NCBI GenBank assembly: GCA_902790525.1
Contig: CADASI010000021.1
Location: 6,226-70,225, forward strand
Direction of reading: 5' to 3'
Length of the DNA: 64,000 nt
Source: an uncultured Eubacteriales bacterium
GTDB taxonomy: Bacteria > Bacillota > Clostridia > Christensenellales > Aristaeellaceae
In this document: one piece after another, positions 54,910-63,387 of the stretch
How the letters are laid out: the number at the start of each line of letters is the position of its first letter
Numbering within the stretch: the stretch's first letter is position 1
Program-made: the position numbers and the translations under genes
Notes under the pieces: model-generated
What the model was told of the DNA's origin: nothing
Databases searched by the model: none
What the model saw: only the letters and a program-made list of their open reading frames with translations

Positions 54910-55758
54910 ATGAATATTCGCAAGCTCATCGCGGCGCTGGTGGCCGCACTGTTGATCGTCGCTTCCGTGTCCGCGCTGGCCGACATCTCCATCGGCGTGC
55001 CGAACGACACCACCAACGAGGCCCGGGCGCTGCAGCTCTTGGCCGACAACGGCATCATCGAGCTCAAGGAGGGCGCGGGCGAGACCGCGACCAAGGCGGA
55101 CGTCGTCGCCGACGGCATCGAGATCGTCGAGGTGCAGGCCGACCTGCTGGTGAATCAGCTGCCCGACCTGGACTACGCCGTGATCAACTCCAACTTCGTG
55201 CTGGACGCGCTGGACGCCGGCTTTGAGATCAACAAGGCCCTGCTGACCGAGGCCGAGGACAAGTACCTGCCCCGCGCCAACATCATCGCGGTGCACTCCG
55301 ACAACGTGGACGCCGACCTGACCAAGGCCCTGGTCGCCGCCTGCCGCAGCCAGCAGGTGAAGGACTACATCGAGGCCACCTACGCCGGCGCGGTGCTGTC
55401 CGTGGTGGACGCGCCCACCGACGGCTACGATGAGACCGTCGATTACGACGCCCTCAACGGCCAGAAGATCATCATCGCCGCCACGCCCGCGCCCCACGCC
55501 CAGATCCTCGAGATCGTGAAGGGCATACTGGCCGAGAAGGGCATCGAGCTGGACATCGAGGTCTTCACCGGCTACACCGAGGAAAACCGCGCCGTCGATG
55601 CCGGCGACGCCTACGCCAACTACTTCCAGCATCAGCCCTACCTGGACGAGGAGGTCGCCCAGAACGGCTACAAGGTGGAGAGCGTGGCCATCATCCACAC
55701 CGAGCCCATGGGCCTCTACGGCGGCAAGCAGGCCGACCTGGCCGCGCTGGGCAAGTAA
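54910..55758 (+). CDS. metQ: MetQ/NlpA family methionine ABC substrate-binding protein
   Basis: Signal peptide, NlpA-family length, and co-location with metN/metI. Confidence 0.85.
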   Translation: MNIRKLIAALVAALLIVASVSALADISIGVPNDTTNEARALQLLADNGIIELKEGAGETATKADVVADGIEIVEVQADLLVNQLPDLDYAVINSNFVLDALDAGFEINKALLTEAEDKYLPRANIIAVHSDNVDADLTKALVAACRSQQVKDYIEATYAGAVLSVVDAPTDGYDETVDYDALNGQKIIIAATPAPHAQILEIVKGILAEKGIELDIEVFTGYTEENRAVDAGDAYANYFQHQPYLDEEVAQNGYKVESVAIIHTEPMGLYGGKQADLAALGK

Positions 55759-55800
55759 GCGGGCTGCGCCCGCAGGCAATCGCTGCCGCGCACGGTTGAC

Positions 55801-55844
55801 GAACTTTGGGGGCCATTGATCCAAGCCCCCAAAGTTCTTTGTTG
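55801..55844 (+). terminator. intra-operon hairpin plus TTTGTTG (partial terminator/attenuator) between metQ and metN
   Basis: GAACTTTGGGGGC / GCCCCCAAAGTTC 13-bp perfect stem. Confidence 0.5.
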
Positions 55845-55889
55845 TGCGGGCGGAAGGCAAAGCTATCATCTACAAAGGCGGAGATACCT

Positions 55890-56915
55890 ATGATCGAGCT
55901 TCGCAACCTCTCGAAGCGGTTCGTCACGGCGGACGGCCCGGTGGAGGCGCTGAACAATGTGAACCTGACCGTCAACGACGGGGACATCTACGGCATCATC
56001 GGCATGAGCGGCGCGGGCAAGAGCACGCTGGTGCGCTGCATCAACATGCTGGAGCGGCCCACCGAGGGCAGCGTGCTGCTGGACGGGCGCGACCTGGGCG
56101 CGCTGTCCAAGAAGGAGATGCAGGGCGTGCGGCGGGAGGTCACCATGATCTTCCAGTCCTTCAACCTGCTGATGCAGTCCACATGCCTGCAAAACGTCAT
56201 GTTCCCGTTAAAGCTGATCCACACCCCCAAGGCGGAGGCCGAGGCGCGCGCGCGGGAGCTTCTTACCACCGTGGGCCTGCCGGACAAGGCCAACGTCTAT
56301 CCGGCGCAGCTCTCCGGCGGGCAGCAGCAGCGCGTGGCCATCGCCCGCGCGCTGGCCACACGGCCGCGGGTGCTGCTGTGCGACGAGGCCACCAGCGCGC
56401 TGGACCCCAAGACCACCCAGTCGATACTGGAGCTCATCCGCCAGATCAACCGGGACACGGGCATCACGGTGATCGTGATCACCCACCAGATGAGCGTGGT
56501 GCAGGAGATCTGCAACCGCGTGGCGATCCTCGAGCACGGAAGCGTGGTCGAGGAGGGCGACGTGAGCCAGGTGTTCTCCCGCCCCAGGGCGGCGGCCACC
56601 CGGGCGCTGGTGTTCCCGGACATGGCCGAGGGGCAGATGTCCTCCGGCTACGGGCAGTTGGTGCGGCTGATCTTCGAGGGCTCCGTGACCATCGACAAGC
56701 CGCTGATCGCCTCCATGGCCATGGAGTGCGGCATCGCGGCCAACATACTGGGCGCGTCCACCCGCACGGTGGGCAAGCGCGAGTACGGCTACATGCTCAT
56801 CGAGATTCCCGGCGGCCCGGACGAGCTGGCCCGGGCGCTCAAATACATCGGCAACGTCCCCAACGTGTCCGTGCAGGTCGAGGCGGCCTATGAAAACAAG
56901 GGGGTGGCGGAATGA
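55890..56915 (+). CDS. metN: methionine ABC transporter ATP-binding protein
   Basis: Walker A GMSGAGKST, LSGGQQQRVAIARAL, and a C-terminal NIL/ACT-like domain. Confidence 0.9.
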   Translation: MIELRNLSKRFVTADGPVEALNNVNLTVNDGDIYGIIGMSGAGKSTLVRCINMLERPTEGSVLLDGRDLGALSKKEMQGVRREVTMIFQSFNLLMQSTCLQNVMFPLKLIHTPKAEAEARARELLTTVGLPDKANVYPAQLSGGQQQRVAIARALATRPRVLLCDEATSALDPKTTQSILELIRQINRDTGITVIVITHQMSVVQEICNRVAILEHGSVVEEGDVSQVFSRPRAAATRALVFPDMAEGQMSSGYGQLVRLIFEGSVTIDKPLIASMAMECGIAANILGASTRTVGKREYGYMLIEIPGGPDELARALKYIGNVPNVSVQVEAAYENKGVAE

Positions 56916-57622
56916 ACCAGTTCGCAATGGCGTTCACGCCGGATAAGCTGGAGGAGGCCTGGCACGTCTTCCTGACGGAGTTCCCGCTGGGCCTGTGGGA
57001 GACGGTGTACGTCACCGTGCTCTCCACGCTGTTCGCCATCGTGATCGGCCTGCCCCTGGGCATACTGCTGGTCGCTGGCGACGAAAAGGGCATCCGCCCC
57101 ATGCCGAAGCCGCTGATGAAGGTGATCAACGTGATCATCAACTTCCTGCGCTCGGTGCCCTTCCTGATCCTCATCGTGATGGTCATCCCGCTGACCCGGG
57201 CGATCATCGGCACCTCCATCGGCTCGGTGGCCTCCATCGTGCCGCTGGTGGTGGCGGCGTTCCCGTTCGTGGCGCGGCTGGTGGAGTCGTCGCTTCGGGA
57301 GCTGGACCCCAACATCATCGAGATGGCTCAGAGCATGGGCTCCTCCACTTGGCAGATCATCACCCGCGTGATGCTGCCGGAGTCGGTGCCCTCGCTGGTG
57401 ACCAACTTCACCCTCGCCATCACCACCATACTCGGCTATACCGCCATGTCCGGCGCCATGGGCGGCGGCGGCCTGGGCAAGATCGCCATCAACTATGGCT
57501 ATTCCCGCTATAAGTACGCCGTGCTCTACCTCGCCGTGATCGTGCTCGTGCTGCTGGTGCAGATCTTCCAGACCATCGGCACCCGCCTCGCCGCGCGGCT
57601 GGATAAGCGGATCAAGAAGTGA
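56912..57622 (+). CDS. metI: methionine ABC transporter permease
   Basis: ATGA overlap with metN; 5-TM MetI-like protein. Confidence 0.9.
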   Translation: MNQFAMAFTPDKLEEAWHVFLTEFPLGLWETVYVTVLSTLFAIVIGLPLGILLVAGDEKGIRPMPKPLMKVINVIINFLRSVPFLILIVMVIPLTRAIIGTSIGSVASIVPLVVAAFPFVARLVESSLRELDPNIIEMAQSMGSSTWQIITRVMLPESVPSLVTNFTLAITTILGYTAMSGAMGGGGLGKIAINYGYSRYKYAVLYLAVIVLVLLVQIFQTIGTRLAARLDKRIKK

Positions 57623-57633
57623 CATAAGAGAAC

Positions 57634-57689
57634 ACAGGGGACGGTTCTGTGTGTCGATGATTTCGACACACAGAACCGTCCCCTGTTTT
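57634..57689. terminator. bidirectional terminator, 24-bp perfect stem plus T-run
   Basis: ACAGGGGACGGTTCTGTGTGTCGA / TCGACACACAGAACCGTCCCCTGT, then TTTT. Confidence 0.75.
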
Positions 57690-58121
57690 TCACATCTCCA
57701 TGATCTTCCGCAGTATCCCGCAAAGGGTTTCGGCCTCGTCGGGCGTGAGGGGGAGGCATTTTGCCATTTTTGCGGGGATTTCGGCGGCGGCGGCTTCGAG
57801 GGTCGCGCCTCGGTCGGTGAGGGCGACCATCAGGTTGCGCTCATCGTGGGGGTCGCGGGCGCGGGTGACGAGCCCCTTCTCCTCCAGCTTCTTGAGCACC
57901 GGCGTCAGGGTGCCGGAGTCCAGGTACAGCCGCTCGCCCAGCGTCTTGGAGGTGGCCCGCCGCTGCTCCCACAGCACCAGCATGGTGATGTACTGGGTGT
58001 AGGTCAGGCCGATCGCGTCGAGGCAAGGCTTGTAGCGCCGCGTGACGGCCCGGGCGCAGGCGTACAGCGGGAAGCAGAGCTGGTTGTTCAGCCGGAGGGC
58101 TTCATGCGCGTCGCGCTTCAT
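57690..58121 (-). CDS. MarR family transcriptional regulator
   Basis: 143 aa; winged-helix core LTYTQYITMLVLWE..TSKTLGERLYLDSGTLTPVLKKLEEKGLV.R..DP.DER. Confidence 0.9.
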   Translation of the reverse strand: MKRDAHEALRLNNQLCFPLYACARAVTRRYKPCLDAIGLTYTQYITMLVLWEQRRATSKTLGERLYLDSGTLTPVLKKLEEKGLVTRARDPHDERNLMVALTDRGATLEAAAAEIPAKMAKCLPLTPDEAETLCGILRKIMEM

Positions 58122-58543
58122 GCGTCGCGCTCCAGCTGCGCCCGCGCGAAAGCGGCGGCGCGCTCGCAGTCGTCCCGGTTGGGGCGGCCCTTGTGGAACA
58201 GCGTCCACGCCCCGGGGCAGTGGTAGAAGGCCTCGCTGACCTTCACGCCCATGTCCTCCGCGGCGGCCTTGATCCTGCCGAAGGTGGACCGGCCCGTGGC
58301 CGAGGTGGACAGCACCACCAGCCGGCCGATGTCGCGGGCGTTCTGCCTGACGAAGGTGATCACCGACTTTTCCGGCAGGCCGCCGTAGACGCTCGCGCAC
58401 AGGAAAACCACGTCGGCGCGGCCGGCCATGGGCTGATCGACGCCCAGGGGCTTCACATTGAGCGCCGCAGCCACGGCCTCCGCCAGCCGCAGGGTGTTGC
58501 CGCCGCGGCTGAAATAGCGCACCTCGACCACCATGTCAGGCAC
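58118..58543 (-). CDS. flavodoxin-like protein
   Basis: VRYFSRGGNTLRLAEAVA N-terminal flavodoxin-type motif. GTG start at 58543 or ATG at 58534. 4-nt overlap with marR. Confidence 0.75.
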   Translation of the reverse strand: MPDMVVEVRYFSRGGNTLRLAEAVAAALNVKPLGVDQPMAGRADVVFLCASVYGGLPEKSVITFVRQNARDIGRLVVLSTSATGRSTFGRIKAAAEDMGVKVSEAFYHCPGAWTLFHKGRPNRDDCERAAAFARAQLERDA

Positions 58544-58799
58544 CCGCCTTCGATTCGTCGTAGGCCTTGCGCACCGCCCGGGCCAGCTGGTCCGCGCAGG
58601 AGGTGGGGCGGCTGCCGCACAGGTTGCCCTTGAGGTATTCCTCGATCTTCTCCACGGTCCAGCCGTTCACCAGCTTGCTGATGGCCTTCAGGTTGCCGTT
58701 GCAGCCGCCCAGAAACTCGATGTTGGACACCACGTTGCCGTCCAAATCAAAGGAAATCAGCTGGCTGCACGTCATCTCGGTGGGGTAGTTGTAGCGCAT
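58536..58799 (-). CDS. TIGR03905-type TSCPD domain protein
   Basis: MRYNYPT...FLGGCNGNLKAI...CGSRPTSCADQLA. Confidence 0.8.
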   Translation of the reverse strand: MRYNYPTEMTCSQLISFDLDGNVVSNIEFLGGCNGNLKAISKLVNGWTVEKIEEYLKGNLCGSRPTSCADQLARAVRKAYDESKAGA

Positions 58800-58836
58800 C
58801 AAAATCGCCTCCGTCTGACAATTTATTTGAATCAAT

Positions 58837-58854
58837 TCAATTTGATCAAATTGA
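58837..58854. promoter_or_regulatory. 18-bp perfect palindrome TCAATTTGATCAAATTGA, candidate MarR operator
   Basis: Read directly, ~40 nt upstream of the TSCPD gene start in an AT-rich promoter region. Confidence 0.5.
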
Positions 58855-58893
58855 TTATACCGCGCCCGGAGGGGCCTGTCAATGCAGATAACG

Positions 58894-59709
58894 TTAATTC
58901 CGCTCCGGGTCGGGGCGAACGGGGATGGTGACCACCACGTCGATGTGGTCGGCGCACTCCTCCACGCGGCTTTGCACGTTGACGCCGATGTGGTTGAGCT
59001 CCTTCACGGTGTCCATGACGGCGTTGATGATGATGCGGTTGTCCCGCACGTAGCGGCTGACGGTGGGCCTGGGCGGCGCGGGCTTCAACAGCGCGTTGAC
59101 GCGGTTTTCGAGCTGCTTGACGCTCATGCGCTGCTCGGCGGCCTGCTGCACCAGCGCAAGCTGGGCGTCCTCGTCGTCCAGCCTGAGCAGCGCCCGGGCG
59201 TGGCGCTCGCTTAAATTGGTGCGCCGCAGGGCCTCGCGCACCCGGAGCGGCAGCTTCAACAGCCGAAGCCGGTTGTTCAGCGCCGAAGGGCTCACGGACA
59301 GGCTGGCGGCCAGCCGCTCCTGGGTGATGGGGTGGCTGTCCAGTATGTGGCGGCAGGCCTCGGCCTCGTCCAGATAGTTGAGCGCCTCCCGCTGCAGGTT
59401 TTCCACCAGCGCGATGAGGGCGCTGTCGCAGTCGCCGGTGGACAGCACCACGGCCTCCGCCTGGGCGCGGCCCAGCAGCCGCAGGGCCTTCACGCGCCGC
59501 TGACCGGCGATGAGCTCGTACTGGTCCCCTGATCTGCGCACCAGCACCGGCGAGAGCTGCCCGTGGCGGCGTATGGATTCCGCCAGCTGCTGCACCGATT
59601 CCGGCGTCAGGCAGCGACGGGGCTGGGTGGGGTTCGGGCGGATGGCGTCCAGGGGGATGCGCGCGATGGCCCGGTTCGCCGGGCGGGGCGATAGCTGCGG
59701 CTTGAACAA
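58894..59709 (-). CDS. ParB/Spo0J/Noc family protein
   Basis: IPLDAIRPNPTQPRR ... ELIAGQRRVKALRLLG ParB box motifs. Confidence 0.85.
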   Translation of the reverse strand: MFKPQLSPRPANRAIARIPLDAIRPNPTQPRRCLTPESVQQLAESIRRHGQLSPVLVRRSGDQYELIAGQRRVKALRLLGRAQAEAVVLSTGDCDSALIALVENLQREALNYLDEAEACRHILDSHPITQERLAASLSVSPSALNNRLRLLKLPLRVREALRRTNLSERHARALLRLDDEDAQLALVQQAAEQRMSVKQLENRVNALLKPAPPRPTVSRYVRDNRIIINAVMDTVKELNHIGVNVQSRVEECADHIDVVVTIPVRPDPERN

Positions 59710-59780
59710 GGGGACGGCCTCCTGTGAATGTCGGTGGAGATATTATATTTGCCCGCTGCCGAAAATAGTCTTACGCCATT

Positions 59781-59811
59781 CCCTAATCCCTAATCCCTAA
59801 TCCCTAATCCC
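59781..59811 (-). repeat. heptamer tandem repeat (CCCTAAT)x4 + CCC, i.e. (GGGATTA)n on the minus strand; five G3 tracts
   Basis: Read directly, in the divergent parB / alr intergenic region. Confidence 0.85.
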
Positions 59812-59852
59812 TCTCCGTTTCCATATATTGACAACATTTCGACTTTTTGGGG

Positions 59853-59881
59853 TTGCAAATTTGAACGCCATGGGCTATAAT
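59853..59881 (+). promoter_or_regulatory. candidate sigma-A promoter TTGCAA-17-TATAAT for alr
   Basis: Hexamers and spacer counted directly. Confidence 0.5.
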
Positions 59882-59918
59882 ACGATAATGTATAAAAGTC
59901 CTCAGAGGAGGCGTAGCC

Positions 59919-61016
59919 ATGCGATCCACGGTGATGAAGGTTTCCACGGAGGCCATCGCCCACAACGCCCGGCTTTTCCGGGAAGAGATACCCGAGAAGG
60001 TGCGCATGATGTGCGTCATCAAGGCCAACGCCTACGGCCACGACGGCGTGGCGGTGGCGAAGAAGCTGCTCTCGGCGGGGGCGGACGCCTTCGCGGTGGC
60101 CATCGTCGAGGAGGCGGAGACGCTGCGCCACGCGGGCATCGGCTGCCCGATACTGATCCTCGGCGGCGCGGGCGAGGCGTCGCTTCGCCAAGCTGTGGCC
60201 TGCGGGGCGTCCCAGGCGGTCTACGACGGCTGGATGCTGGACGTCATGCAGGACGAGGCGCGCCGCCTCGGCGTGAAGGCCAGCGCCCACCTCAAGCTGG
60301 ACACGGGCATGAGCCGCATCGGCGTGCGGGACATGGACGCGCTCAACAAACTGCTCGGGCACTGGAAGCGCTGCCCGGACGTCGAAATGACGGGCGCGTT
60401 CACCCACTTCTGCGTGGCGGACACCGACCCCGAATTTACCGAAATGCAGCGGGCGCGTTTCACAGCCTTCCTGGACGCCGTGCGCGCCGCGGGCTACCGT
60501 CCCATCGCCCACGCGGCAGCGACCTCGGCGATGCTGAAGCCCGAATTGCAGTTTGACATGGTGCGCCCCGGCATCGGGCTGTACGGCACGGGCGTGCCGG
60601 AGCTTGAGGGCCGGCTCGAGTACGCGCAGACGCTGGTCGCCAAGCCCATCCGCATACAGCGGATCCGAAAGGGCGACACGGTGGGCTACGGCCGCACCTT
60701 CACTGCCCGGCGGGACAGCGTGATCATGACCGTGCCCATCGGCTACGGCGACGGCTACCCGCGCATACTGTCCAACCGCGCAAGCGTACTGGTGAAGGGC
60801 CGCCGCGCCCCGCAGGTGGGCCGGGTGTGCATGGACATGCTGATGGCCGATGTCACCGACATCCCCGGTGTGACCCTCGACGACGAGGTGGTGCTGCTGG
60901 GCCGCCAGGGCGATCAGGTCATCACCCCCGACGAGCTGGCCGAACAGGCCGAAACCATCCCCTACGAGATCATGCTGGGGTTCAGCCCCAGGGTTCCCGT
61001 GGAGATCATAGATTAG
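59919..61016 (+). CDS. alr: alanine racemase
   Basis: PLP-lysine motif VIKANAYGHDG and C-terminal ..PYEIMLGFSPRVP. Confidence 0.9.
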   Translation: MRSTVMKVSTEAIAHNARLFREEIPEKVRMMCVIKANAYGHDGVAVAKKLLSAGADAFAVAIVEEAETLRHAGIGCPILILGGAGEASLRQAVACGASQAVYDGWMLDVMQDEARRLGVKASAHLKLDTGMSRIGVRDMDALNKLLGHWKRCPDVEMTGAFTHFCVADTDPEFTEMQRARFTAFLDAVRAAGYRPIAHAAATSAMLKPELQFDMVRPGIGLYGTGVPELEGRLEYAQTLVAKPIRIQRIRKGDTVGYGRTFTARRDSVIMTVPIGYGDGYPRILSNRASVLVKGRRAPQVGRVCMDMLMADVTDIPGVTLDDEVVLLGRQGDQVITPDELAEQAETIPYEIMLGFSPRVPVEIID

Positions 61017-61026
61017 GAGTCATCAT

Positions 61027-61686
61027 ATGGGCGTAACAAGCATGTGGGCGACCAACGCCATCGCGCTGGCCATACTGATCGGGGCCAACCTCGCGGCCAG
61101 CTTCGCGGGCGAGGCGCTGTGGCTGCTGATCGGCGTCGCGGGGCTTCTGATAATGCTGTACTTCTGCTTCAAGCAGGGCATGGCCACCGGCCACGGCGCC
61201 TGCGGCATCAGCGGCACGGTGGCGCGCGCGCGCGAGGCGGGGGAGAGCGTCTACGCCCAGCTGGACAAAAAGTACCTCTCCCAGGCATGGTGCCCCCTGA
61301 ACGCCGTCAAGGGGCTTCTGGTCTCGGCGCTGATCCCCTACACCGTGGGCGCGGCGTTCATCATACTCGACATGCTGTGGCGCAGCGGGGCGATCCCGGA
61401 GCAGCCGGTGATCGTCGCCCGGGTGCTGGCGTGGCTTCTGTCGCTGCCCTACTGGCCGCTGATCATGCACTGGCACGAGAACTTCGTCACCGTCACCCCC
61501 GCCATCGCGGCGATGCTGCTGATCAGCCCCTTCGTGCTGCCCGCCGCCACCGCGCTGGGCTACATGCAGGGCCCGAGGCTGTGGGCCAGGACCGAGGACG
61601 CCATGAAACAGGGCCGCAGAAGGGCCAAAGCCCGCGCCCGCGTGGGCAAAAAACTCGCGCCCCGGCAACAAAAACCCGAAATTTGA
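61027..61686 (+). CDS. hypothetical integral membrane protein
   Basis: 219 aa, ~5 TM segments, basic C-terminal tail. Confidence 0.7.
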   Translation: MGVTSMWATNAIALAILIGANLAASFAGEALWLLIGVAGLLIMLYFCFKQGMATGHGACGISGTVARAREAGESVYAQLDKKYLSQAWCPLNAVKGLLVSALIPYTVGAAFIILDMLWRSGAIPEQPVIVARVLAWLLSLPYWPLIMHWHENFVTVTPAIAAMLLISPFVLPAATALGYMQGPRLWARTEDAMKQGRRRAKARARVGKKLAPRQQKPEI

Positions 61687-61759
61687 CTTTTTTTCAAAAA
61701 AAACCTTTGCAAATGCAGCAATAATATGATATAATCAGTACAATATCATAGGTGAAGTT

Positions 61760-62311
61760 ATGCGCATCATATCGGGCGAGGCGAAGGGGCGCACATTGTT
61801 CGCGCCTCGGGGCCAGGAAACCCGGCCCACATCGGACAAAATCCGGGGATCGGTGTTCAACATCATCGGCCCGCGGGTGGTCGGTGCGCGGGTGATCGAC
61901 CTGTTCGGCGGCACCGGTGCGCTGGCGCTGGAGGCGTTGAGCCGCGGCGCGGCGTTTGCCGTGATCTCGGACAGCTCCCGGCAGGCGATACAGGCCATCG
62001 AGCGCAACGCGCGAAACGTGCTCAAGGATGAGTACGAGCATCGGGTGCGGATCGTGAAGCTGGACTACCGCGCCGCCATCGAGCGGCTGGACGGCATGTT
62101 CGACCTGGTGTTCCTCGACCCGCCCTACCGGCTGACGGAGGCCTACGGCGACGCGCTGTCACGGCTCTCTTGCCGCCTGAGCCCGGATTGCCTGGTGGTG
62201 CTGGAGCGGCTCAAATCGGCGGAAATCACGCTGCCGGAGGGCTTTGCGCGCCGGGATGTGCGCCTCTACGGCGACACCGCTGTGGAGTTCATCGAACGGA
62301 CGGAGACATGA
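61760..62311 (+). CDS. rsmD: 16S rRNA (guanine966-N2)-methyltransferase RsmD
   Basis: MRIISGEAKGRTL..P....RPTSDKIRGSVFNII; DLFGGTGALALEALSRG; DPPY. Confidence 0.9.
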   Translation: MRIISGEAKGRTLFAPRGQETRPTSDKIRGSVFNIIGPRVVGARVIDLFGGTGALALEALSRGAAFAVISDSSRQAIQAIERNARNVLKDEYEHRVRIVKLDYRAAIERLDGMFDLVFLDPPYRLTEAYGDALSRLSCRLSPDCLVVLERLKSAEITLPEGFARRDVRLYGDTAVEFIERTET

Positions 62312-62444
62312 CAGGCGGTAAATGCCAGACAGTCACTGTCTGCCAGGCAGGCACTACCCGCCAGAATTTGGATAAACGCCGGACTGTCCGGCAAGACTAA
62401 TCGGTATACGGCGTCCGCCGGATGCGGAAAGGAAGGACTAAACG

Positions 62445-63089
62445 ATGGATCGCGATCAGGATAGGTTCTACGAAGACGAGGCTGTTGAGTCCCGGGAGGA
62501 TCTCCGGCAATCGCAGAACGAGGACGATATCGACGATATGCGTTATTTCCTCGAATTGCTCAAGCATATTCGCGCGGCGATCACCGCCGGCACCAGCGTG
62601 CCCCTGACCGGCAAGAAGATCATCGACGCCGACAAGTGCCTGATGATCATCGACGATATGGAAAAGAACCTGCCTGACGCGGTGCAGTATGGCATGCAGA
62701 TGTATTCCGAGCGCGAGCGCATCATGGGCGAGGCGGAGACCCGCGCCATGAACCGCGTCAGCTCCGCGGAGATGCGCGCCAACGCCGCCCTCGAAAAGGC
62801 CCGCGACGACGCCGAACAGCGGGTGCTGGAGGCGGAAAACGAGGCCCGCTCGATCCTGCAGGACGCCCAGGAGCGCGCCGACCACATGATCGACGAGAGC
62901 GAGATCATGCGCCAGGCCCGCGAGGAGGCCCGCATCATCAAAAACGACGCCCGGGTGGAGGCCAGCGAAATGCGGCTCAAGGCCCAGCACGACGCCTACC
63001 AGATGCTCGCCAGCGTGGAGGACCAGCTCACCGAGGCCTGCAAGAACATCCGCCGCCGCCGCTCCGAGCTGGGCGACGACAACCAGTAA
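62445..63089 (+). CDS. coiled-coil hypothetical protein (ATP synthase b / V-ATPase G-like heptads)
   Basis: 214 aa, E/R/A-rich helical sequence; no catalytic motif recognised. Confidence 0.7.
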   Translation: MDRDQDRFYEDEAVESREDLRQSQNEDDIDDMRYFLELLKHIRAAITAGTSVPLTGKKIIDADKCLMIIDDMEKNLPDAVQYGMQMYSERERIMGEAETRAMNRVSSAEMRANAALEKARDDAEQRVLEAENEARSILQDAQERADHMIDESEIMRQAREEARIIKNDARVEASEMRLKAQHDAYQMLASVEDQLTEACKNIRRRRSELGDDNQ

Positions 63090-63104
63090 CCGACATCAAC
63101 GCAC

Positions 63105-63135
63105 AGCGCGCCGGGGCGTGAAACCCCGGCGCGCT
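63105..63135. terminator. terminator hairpin between convergent genes
   Basis: AGCGCGCCGGGG CGTGAAA CCCCGGCGCGCT, then TTCG. Confidence 0.55.
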
Positions 63136-63142
63136 TTCGATA

Positions 63143-63322
63143 TCAGAACCTGTAGAGCAGAAACCCCACGCTGATCATCAGAACGGCCAAAAACCCGGTC
63201 CACACCCAGTGGGGCACCAGGATCAGCAGCATCAGCGCCCCCGCGATCATCAGCGCCACGCCGATGATCCGCGTGAGCTTCGGCCCCCGGTTCTGCGGCG
63301 CGCAACACGTCTTCATAAACAT
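63143..63322 (-). CDS. small two-TM membrane protein
   Basis: MFMKTCCAPQNRGPKLTRIIGVALMIAGALMLLILVPHWVWTGFLAVLMISVGFLLYRF. The ORF also opens at 63400. Confidence 0.5.
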   Translation of the reverse strand: MFMKTCCAPQNRGPKLTRIIGVALMIAGALMLLILVPHWVWTGFLAVLMISVGFLLYRF

Positions 63323-63387
63323 CCCCCCGGCGCATGATATGCGGATATCCGCCGGGGATTGACACGATACGTTCGACGAGGTGACCC

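Noticed and set aside
58894-59709. A ParB-family gene as evidence for a plasmid or prophage.
   Set aside because: It is flanked by core genes (alr, rsmD, recG, metNIQ). No parA, rep or phage genes are adjacent, which is consistent with a chromosomal Spo0J/Noc-type paralogue.
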